In this document: piece after piece, positions 11,648 to 18,880 of the stretch
Layout of the letters: each line of letters starts with the position of its first letter
Numbering within the stretch: position 1 is the first letter of the stretch
Origin: Barthelona sp. PCE
Lineage: Eukaryota
Assembly: GCA_040285745.1 (NCBI GenBank)
Contig: JAUFOR010000005.1
Coordinates: forward strand, 744,001-766,953
Reading direction: 5' to 3'
Length of the DNA stretch: 22,953 nt
Program-made: the position numbers and the translations under genes
Notes under the pieces: generated by a model
Told to the model about the DNA's origin: nothing
Database searches by the model: none
What the model saw: only the letters and a program-made list of their open reading frames with translations

Positions 11648-11881
11648 CATGCCCAGATGAATAATGAATAGCTTCATTACCTTAGCATTAAAAAAGACAC
11701 TTTTTTTTGAACACTTGTTATAATGGAACAAATTTTTTTAAATTCAGCATAATTCATTTCTGCTTCTGAATCATAGGTAACACCTAATGACATATTCCCG
11801 CAAGTACAATTGGTAAAAGTAAACAAAGAATAGAATAACAAATGTAGTTCAATTTTTCACATGCCTAAGGTTCCAATTTAT

Positions 11882-13345
11882 TTATTTAATTAATACTAGA
11901 AAAATAATAACAACTAAAGCTATAAAAAATGAATATAATGTACATTTTTCACAATCCTCAATAGGCTTATGGGAATACTCCAAATTGGTTAAACCTTGCA
12001 TGGTTATGTTTGCATGTATTTTGTTTAAAGGAAATTCCAAAAAAATGCTGTTTTTGTGGCTAAACTTTGCAGAAATGACTTTGTTACCAAAAAATCTCTT
12101 GCCAATTTTAAAACATCCGTTCTTGCTAATTCCATACAAATAAAGAGTACTGTAACCGATAACATCAAAGTTTGGTACATTGGCACAAATAACCATATAA
12201 TGTTCATTTACCCTCATCAAATATGCAGCATCAGGTTCATAAACCTCTACAGTTGAAAAACTCTCTCCTGTGACATCATTAACTAAGATCAATTTTCCGT
12301 CATTGGACATCAATTCAAAGCTGCCATCTCTGGTAAGCACCTTCCCATCACCTTCCTCCATCTTCGGGTTCGCAGCCGCATGCATTGTTGCAGCTATTGA
12401 GGGCAATGACTTTTCTGGTTGTTTTTGCTTCTTAGGCTTCGGTTCCAGATCAACGCACACAGAAACGCTTCCTCCAAATGAAGGTGCACTGGGTTCAATT
12501 ATATCAGCGACTGTTAGCGTTTGGTAATCCTCACTGGAAATGGAATTCATCCTCAATTCATCCGTTGTCTCGTACTTTTGGTTAGCATTAGCAGTGCTCA
12601 TTGTGTACATCTCCTTGTTTAGAAACGAAAGCGTCACAAACACAATCTCATCGCGCATTGCCATGTTACAGGCATCAAACGAATAGCTGTTGCTCGCTGA
12701 GATAGAAATGTCCAGCTCAGTCACAATATGCGGAAGAGTCGTATGCTCTCCAGAATCTATATTGTAAAGGCCGATAATAGACTCATTCAGATGCAGATGC
12801 TTGGTGGCGATCACCCAGTTGTGGGGGCAAAGGAAAAAACTTATAATCGGAAACGGAAGATGGTGCTCGGTTCTGTTCACGAGCGATCCGTCGTTAAGTA
12901 CTAAGTAAGTGGTTATGACGTTTTGGTTAGCACCGATGATGCCCAGATTCCTGTCATACACGCACATGTGAGTGCAAACTTCCGGAACAACGACACGGTT
13001 CAGAATTTCAATACCATCATCGTTGTATGTGAAAGTAACAAAGTGCGTCTCGCACACCCCATCTCTGTTGCTATTGTTGACGATACCGATGGCTCCGTAC
13101 GTGTCACCGCACGACATCAAGACCTTTTCAGGATTTGTTCCGTTGATGAGTGATGACACGTCGTTGTTAAGCTGCGTGTCGATGAACGTGCCCCCTGTGC
13201 TCGAGTGCAGGGTAACTTTCCACGCACCGCCGTCAGACGGGGAGAGCAAGATATGAACGTGTTTGAACGTGCATTTTGAAGCGTAATTGGGCGCCTCCCG
13301 GGCTATATCCGCGATTTTTCGTGCTTTTGATGCATTTCTGCTCAT
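11882..13345 (-). CDS. Hypothetical beta-rich protein with C-terminal transmembrane helix (predicted tail-anchored)
   Basis: 487-aa ORF ending LYSFFIALVVIIFLVLIK-stop, with no evident N-terminal signal peptide. Confidence 0.8.
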   Translation of the reverse strand: MSRNASKARKIADIAREAPNYASKCTFKHVHILLSPSDGGAWKVTLHSSTGGTFIDTQLNNDVSSLINGTNPEKVLMSCGDTYGAIGIVNNSNRDGVCETHFVTFTYNDDGIEILNRVVVPEVCTHMCVYDRNLGIIGANQNVITTYLVLNDGSLVNRTEHHLPFPIISFFLCPHNWVIATKHLHLNESIIGLYNIDSGEHTTLPHIVTELDISISASNSYSFDACNMAMRDEIVFVTLSFLNKEMYTMSTANANQKYETTDELRMNSISSEDYQTLTVADIIEPSAPSFGGSVSVCVDLEPKPKKQKQPEKSLPSIAATMHAAANPKMEEGDGKVLTRDGSFELMSNDGKLILVNDVTGESFSTVEVYEPDAAYLMRVNEHYMVICANVPNFDVIGYSTLYLYGISKNGCFKIGKRFFGNKVISAKFSHKNSIFLEFPLNKIHANITMQGLTNLEYSHKPIEDCEKCTLYSFFIALVVIIFLVLIK

Positions 13346-13410
13346 AAATTTCGAGCTGAAAGAGGTTATGAAAATTTGTTCATTGTTTTCAGTATTCTCA
13401 CCACATCCAC

Positions 13411-15531
13411 ATGCCCAGGGTTCGTAAATTCGAGGAAGGCCTTGTCATGCAGGCTTATCCTGAGGGGCAGATGATATTTGAGGGAAAGGGCGTAGTATTG
13501 CTTAAGTCAAGAGAAAACAAAGATATAAGCCTCATTGAAAGTGTCATTGAAGGCAAGGACTTCGTTGGATACGTTGAGAATACGCGTGAGCCTCTCAAGT
13601 ACACATACAAGGAAAGAGCTGGAGAATCTTACATGATCATCAAACAGCTTCATGGTTACGATAATATTGTAACCCATCTTGATATCTTATTATTTAGTGA
13701 AATCATGAGTGCTGAACATACAAGAAGGAGAATACGCTTCCCGTTTGACAACATAGAAAGGTTTCAAATTAGCAGAATATTTCCGATGGATGAAAACCAC
13801 CTACTATTCACCATTAGTGATACCGTTAATAACAGACAAGTGATTCTGTGCTACATATTAAATGTGCTAACCGATGAATATAGATGTATTGGAGAGTATA
13901 GCTCTCAACCAACCGTTAATTCAAACTACATTTTGTTAAAGAAATGCCAAGATGATACCATATGGCATTACAATTTTTCTGCAGATGACATGGACGAGGC
14001 ACATGAACCTGATATTGAGCAGTTACATGGAATCTATTCAGGATGCATCAGGTGGTGTTTTAACTCGGATTGCATTTGCCTAGTTAGCTTTCGCGATCAA
14101 GAAATTGATGAACTAATAATATTTGACTGTCTGAGGAACCAAGTTAACTTAACAGAAAGGTTTCCACAGCTTAAAGGATTGAATATTATGAAAAACTCAA
14201 AATTTGCATTATTAACGCTCACTCAAAATGTTTTGTCAATGGTATTCATTGGATTTGGATCAAGATGTATAGTAGTTCATATCGAAAACGGTGAATTGAA
14301 GATGTTAGAGGGTGAAATGAATTTTTGGAATGTACTCTGCGATGACTTTAAGCATATAGATTTGAACGATAATTCTTCCTTTCATCATGAAGATTGTGTT
14401 TTTTATGGTACTGATAAAATAACAGAACGTTATGGCCCAATCAAATTCAGAGCAGTTGATAATGAGGTTGTGAGTTTGAACAGTCTTCAGCCATCTAACA
14501 TCTTTTTTGATGGAATAGTGGAAGTGTATGATGATGACTCTTTGATAAGATGTTACTTTTTTTTCAAAGAAAAGAAGCTTATTGTGCTGCATGGGTGTAG
14601 GAAACTGTTTTCACGTATGCGCTACGAGATCCAATCAGTTCAACCAAATGAAGGAGATGAATTTGTTGTATTCGCAAAGGTACATGGTTGTGCATATAGC
14701 AAATTATGCTGGACAGGCTCAGAATCCAAGCCAATCACAACCATTTTGCCTCATTGTGGCTCTAAACACTTTGGATTTATTCAAGGGCTGCCCATCAATT
14801 TTGAATTTGATGATTATACACAACTGGTGCATTTGGGAAGTGAGCTGATTTTGGAACTTGATGATGTTAATTTACGAAGTGTTCATGGTTCACATTTTGA
14901 TAATTCAGCGTGCATTCTGTGTAGAAATTCAATCCATTTTTTTCAGCTCAATGTCAACGGTTATGATGTGGAGGTTCAAAAGCACATTGTTTTTGAACAT
15001 GAATATAATGATGTAATAGTTTACTTTAACCCTCGTCCATTGGCTGAAACATCTGATCATCAGCTGTTTGTTGTACATAGACGCAGTGAAGAAGCAGCAA
15101 CGCAACATTTACACTGTTTAGATTGGTCAACAGGAAGCTTCTTAGAGCCTGTTCTCCTTTGGAAGAGATCATATGATGATGAAGCGGAGGAAGGCAACTA
15201 TTTCCGTAATTTCTTGGGTGATTCATACATACAGGTGAGGGGTGGTATCATTAAAGCATACGTTGAACACGGTGCAATTAAGACGCGTTTTTTCACTAAC
15301 AATAATTTCCCTTATGTGAATATAATCCACGATCCAAATCTACCCAATAACACTGTTCAAGACATGTCATACGAAGAAGAGACCAAAACAATGGTGCTGA
15401 AAACTTACAATATTGAGGAAGACCCGGAATCGATCAATCCCACAGTGGAATCGTTCCACCTTCCATCGTTCCTGGCGGAGGCTTCCATCGTTGAGTACCA
15501 CATGCCCGATTATCATGAACAATGTTGTTGA
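13411..15531 (+). CDS. MPR-family beta-propeller-like protein, 706 aa
   Basis: Intact ORF starting MPRVRKFE, collinear paralog of 9544..11647, with C-terminal FHLPSFLAEA. Confidence 0.85.
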   Translation: MPRVRKFEEGLVMQAYPEGQMIFEGKGVVLLKSRENKDISLIESVIEGKDFVGYVENTREPLKYTYKERAGESYMIIKQLHGYDNIVTHLDILLFSEIMSAEHTRRRIRFPFDNIERFQISRIFPMDENHLLFTISDTVNNRQVILCYILNVLTDEYRCIGEYSSQPTVNSNYILLKKCQDDTIWHYNFSADDMDEAHEPDIEQLHGIYSGCIRWCFNSDCICLVSFRDQEIDELIIFDCLRNQVNLTERFPQLKGLNIMKNSKFALLTLTQNVLSMVFIGFGSRCIVVHIENGELKMLEGEMNFWNVLCDDFKHIDLNDNSSFHHEDCVFYGTDKITERYGPIKFRAVDNEVVSLNSLQPSNIFFDGIVEVYDDDSLIRCYFFFKEKKLIVLHGCRKLFSRMRYEIQSVQPNEGDEFVVFAKVHGCAYSKLCWTGSESKPITTILPHCGSKHFGFIQGLPINFEFDDYTQLVHLGSELILELDDVNLRSVHGSHFDNSACILCRNSIHFFQLNVNGYDVEVQKHIVFEHEYNDVIVYFNPRPLAETSDHQLFVVHRRSEEAATQHLHCLDWSTGSFLEPVLLWKRSYDDEAEEGNYFRNFLGDSYIQVRGGIIKAYVEHGAIKTRFFTNNNFPYVNIIHDPNLPNNTVQDMSYEEETKTMVLKTYNIEEDPESINPTVESFHLPSFLAEASIVEYHMPDYHEQCC

Positions 15532-16429
15532 TGGACTGAAAATCAGATAAACAAATATTCAGACTGGTGTCCAACAAACATTCTTTACTAAAAATAATTG
15601 TGATTTTTAAAATTGGTGTGTTCTATGTTATTCCCTTATGAGGTTATTGTGAGTTCTGAAAGATGTTTTTATGAAAATTCTATAATCAAGATAAAAAGGG
15701 CGCTTTGGGATTTTTTTTTATAGTTTTTTTCATTCTTTACTTTTGCACATTATTTTTTAATGTATTTTGAAAATATTATGTTATCAAGAAACGATGACGT
15801 AGAACTTTTCGACTTCAATTGGATACCATGTTAACTATTGAATTTCTTATATATGGCAACAGAAGACTTGAACGATGAGGATTTATTTTTTAAGTTTTCT
15901 CTTTCTTGTTTACAAGGAATCATGCTCTGCGTTTTCTAAACATATGTAATGGTGCCTGAACGTTTTTTATTCGAATTTAACATTTTTTCCGCTTTAAATA
16001 TTTATAGTTGTTTGGTGGAACAGGCTGGCTTACCATACATGCGTTTGTTATTATTTTTATTCTTATTTGTACCATGGACTTACTGAATATCAAACCGGTG
16101 GTTGATGCTTAAAGGAATCATAACATTCTAAAATGAAATACATAAAGACCGTCTCTGGTCACATATTCATGATATACTAGATACGTGAACATGATAATTT
16201 TAGTTCTCCTGAATACACTGTAGAGATTACTTTTGATAAAAATGTCTCCGAAACATTAATTATTTTTCTAAAAAATAAATACAAAATAGCAATAAGAAGT
16301 TCAATAATCATTATTATTTGAGCAGTAGTTAATGATAATTGATCCCTATCGTCCATAAAGTTTGATTTTGAAGTGTATAAGTGAGTTGAATGAACTTTCA
16401 ATATATGACTTAAATCCAACCAATGAGTG

Positions 16430-16666
16430 GGTGACATATAGGCTAGCCTTCAGACTTTATACTTGAGGTAGTAAACAGCGAAGGGGGACGAAGCGAACCT
16501 TCTTGTGTGGATGGTGTTCCTGGAACCCTACATAGTTTTTGTCTTCCCTTTTTTTAAAAAATAAAAAGGGGTATTGAGCCAATTCCAGGACGAAACACAC
16601 TCCACGCTTGAAGGCTCGCCTTCCTGTGTGAGCGTTCCCCGACGTCAAAAAACCTACTTCAGTATA
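16430..16666 (+). ncRNA. Unidentified structured RNA-like element, copy 1 (short form)
   Basis: Closing stem TATACTTGAGGTAG (16458-16471)/CTACTTCAGTATA (16654-16666). Nested stems GGGGGACG/CGTTCCCC, GTGTGGA/TCCACGC, GTGTT/AACAC, CCTGGAA/TTCCAGG, CCCTTTTT/AAAAAGGG. G.U pairs indicate the + strand. Homologous to copy 2 with compensatory changes. Transcript ends are unknown. Confidence 0.7.
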
Positions 16667-17203
16667 AAACAGCGAATTATAAACATGCATTTTCGTTGAT
16701 TTTATTTGAGTGCAAAAAATATCTATAAGAGGATTGACTTAGACTTTCTCACTTGCACTTATGGAATTGAGAACCATTGGCATGGTGAACGTAACGATTT
16801 ACAAAGAATGACAGAGAAACAGTAAGAATCATATCCAATATGCTTCATAGTAGCTGTTGTAATCCTGTTAAATGGCTAGCATAGGAAGCATTAAACATCT
16901 CCTCAAGTATGAGTGATATGGTCGGAAGAAAAATAGGAAGAAATTTCAAAAATTCAAAAACATGCCTAAAGCCACTAATGATACAGTATAACTCGTGCAA
17001 ACCTGTCCAACGTGCGCTTTTACCGTAATTAATTAAACTAATTCGGCCCAGGAAGAAAAATACAACTGGAAATGCCCACATAACCGCATATACTCATTTA
17101 TAATGCCAGGAGACATACTTCTATTCCCAGTTAAACTGTTGTGACAAATATTTTAACGTTGTAACATGATGTAGGGGTGATAAAATTTAAACCTTAAAAT
17201 AAC

Positions 17204-17692
17204 GGTGACATACAGGCGCTAGCCTTCAGACTTTATACTTGAGGTAGTAAACAGCGGAGGGGGACGAAGCGAACCGTCATGTGTAGTAGGTGTCCGTAGG
17301 ACCCGATACGGTTTTTCTTACCTTTTTCAAAAAAAAAAGGTTTTAGGCCACTTCCCGGACGAAACACCCTCTACACGTGAAGGCGAGCCTTCCCACGTGA
17401 GCGTTCCCCGACGTGATTCTTACTTCGAGTGCATGTTACTCTATCAAAGGAGTAAAACTTGCTAGTGTGTTTACTGAGTTTCAGAGTGGGATTCAGAAGA
17501 AGACGAGCCTACTGAGGACGCAGGTACCTCGTACCTACACCCACAATAGTTTAAAAATAAATAAAATAGTAAGTCTCAAAAGAGGGAAGAAACGTAAATC
17601 TACGTTTTCCACCTCTTTCTCGTCTTCTTTACTCTCAGTAGACATCAACAGACAGCCAGGGGCAACAAGATCAATAAACCTACTTCAGTATA
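17204..17692 (+). ncRNA. Unidentified structured RNA-like element, copy 2 (long form with ~257-nt structured insertion)
   Basis: Same leader, closing stem (17234-17247/17680-17692) and nested stems as copy 1. An extra domain at 17415-17671 has its own stems. Confidence 0.7.
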
Positions 17693-17971
17693 AGAACTAT
17701 AATTCATATTCAGTAAGTGATGCTCATATTACTACTATTTAATCCATAGTATTATTTTTAAAACTTCAATACATTATAATATAAATATTTATTCCTTTTT
17801 TTTTAAATTTGATTATTAACGAATGTTTTTATGTTGAAATGGTGAAATTATAAAGAGAAATTATGAAAAAAGCAATTTTACAATATAGAATAAATCGGTA
17901 TTGAACACAAGCTCAGAAACAGCAGATTATTTATGGTATTTACTTTAAACATTTAGAGAATTATTTCTGGG

Positions 17972-18051
17972 ATCAACGTGGCCGAGTGGTTAAGGCGCCA
18001 GATTCAGGTTCTGGTCTTTCGAGATCGCAGGTTCGAGTCCTGTCGTTGATA
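17972..18051 (+). tRNA. tRNA-Leu (anticodon CAG)
   Basis: Acceptor ATCAACG/CGTTGAT plus discriminator A; D arm GCCGAGTGGTTAAGGC; anticodon arm CCAGA-TTCAGGT-TCTGG; long variable arm TCT-TTCG-AGA; T arm GCAGG-TTCGAGT-CCTGT; followed by T5. Confidence 0.96.
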
Positions 18052-18056
18052 TTTTT
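18052..18056 (+). terminator. Pol III oligo-dT terminator of tRNA-Leu
   Basis: TTTTT directly after the discriminator base, with a T9 run a few nt later. Confidence 0.75.
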
Positions 18057-18138
18057 ACAAGTTTTTTTTTGGGTTGGTATTCCTGGTAATGAGCTAAAAC
18101 AATGCTTGAGTCATTTCCGTTATTATACGTTTGTATAA

Positions 18139-18210
18139 GTCCCATTGGTGTAATGGTACCACGCTACATTCGGGTTGTAGAGATCGGGGGTTCGATTCCC
18201 TCATGGGACC
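18139..18210 (+). tRNA. tRNA-Pro (anticodon CGG)
   Basis: Acceptor GTCCCAT/ATGGGAC plus discriminator C; anticodon arm CTACA-TTCGGGT-TGTAG; T arm GGGGG-TTCGATT-CCCTC; 72 nt. Confidence 0.94.
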
Positions 18211-18212
18211 TG

Positions 18213-18219
18213 TTTTTTT
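18213..18219 (+). terminator. Pol III oligo-dT terminator of tRNA-Pro (could double as the A-tail of the opposite-strand retroelement)
   Basis: T7 two nt after the tRNA end. Confidence 0.7.
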
Positions 18220-18222
18220 GCT

Positions 18223-18728
18223 CTAATATTTTCGCAATAGTAGTTTAAATGAAACTCACGTGGAATTTTAAGTTTGATAATATTTTTATTAGTAGCTCGG
18301 CTGAGTTGTCGCTCAATCCATTAAGCACAATAATTTGTGAATGAATACTGGCTCATGCTTATTACTGTGGTAGATTAACTTATACGAAATAGATAGCTCG
18401 CAGCTCCCGAAGAAGTAGTTTTTATCAAATGGGCCTGCCTTATCTGATTTCACTAATACAATATATTAGCGATTCTTTTATATATTCGCGTGGAATTTAG
18501 TATTGGCTAATATTTGTGTTTGTGAACTCTTTGAGTTCGCATCACTATTGTTAAGATTTTTTTATGATGCCCAACTTTTGGAATTCACTAATATTTTTAT
18601 TAGCAATTCGCTTAAAGTGAGCACAAGTAAATTTTTTTATTAGGCGCTAATAAATTATATTAGGGAGAAAATGAATAATTGGCGAGAAATCTCCGTTTAC
18701 TAACATTTTTATTACTAATATTTTTGAG
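18223..18728. repeat. Dispersed array of ~9 degenerate CTAATA-(T-rich)-TATTAG mini-hairpin motifs
   Basis: Copies start at about 18223, 18278, 18453, 18507, 18588, 18627, 18647, 18700 and 18715. CGTGGAATTT precedes the copies at 18278 and 18507. Confidence 0.75.
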
Positions 18729-18880
18729 ATGGTCAAAACAAATCAAACTCCGCCGAAACGCGCATAGACCAAAATTCTTGGTCTATTTCAATTTTGGTAG
18801 TAAATAGTTTATTAATTTTCGAGCAAGCTGTCCCGGATTCTCGTATGTACTGTTCCTTGGTCTTCTGCTAACTGTTAGTA

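Noticed and set aside
11861-11893. ATGCCTAAGGTTC, resembling the family start ATGCCTAGGGTTC
   Set aside because: It stops after 10 codons, which is too short to call a gene remnant.
16452-16470. U3 snoRNA-like GAC/box A' start (AGACTTTATACTT) and RNase P CR-V-like TTCAGACT
   Set aside because: No convincing box A, C or D and no matching CR-I partner. Not excluded without a covariance-model search, but not supportable by eye.
16465-16474. TGAGGTAGTA matches the let-7 miRNA 5' end
   Set aside because: Only a 10-nt match, no pre-miRNA hairpin, and the context is not metazoan.
16524-16530. AACCCTA telomerase-template-like heptamer
   Set aside because: Too short and not conserved in copy 2 (GACCCGA).
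16458-16666. MITE interpretation of the terminal inverted repeat
   Set aside because: Homology extends ~28 nt outside the repeat, the mismatches are conserved G.U pairs or a bulge, internal stems covary and there is no shared target-site duplication. The AAACAGCGAA direct repeat occurs in copy 1 only.
16177-17081. Small minus-strand ORFs 16177..16437, 16457..16690 and 16845..17081 (also + ORF 17413..17742)
   Set aside because: No recognisable motifs, not conserved between the two repeat units, and two of them overlap the structured elements.
17289-17368. Hammerhead-ribozyme-like parts: GGTGTC pairing with GAAACACC, GGACGAAAC, and a CGTA/TACG stem
   Set aside because: The essential CUGANGA core is absent in both copies, and GGACGAAAC is explained as a bulged helix.
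18223-18728. CRISPR-like array
   Set aside because: Repeats are degenerate, short and irregularly spaced. The context is eukaryotic with no cas genes.
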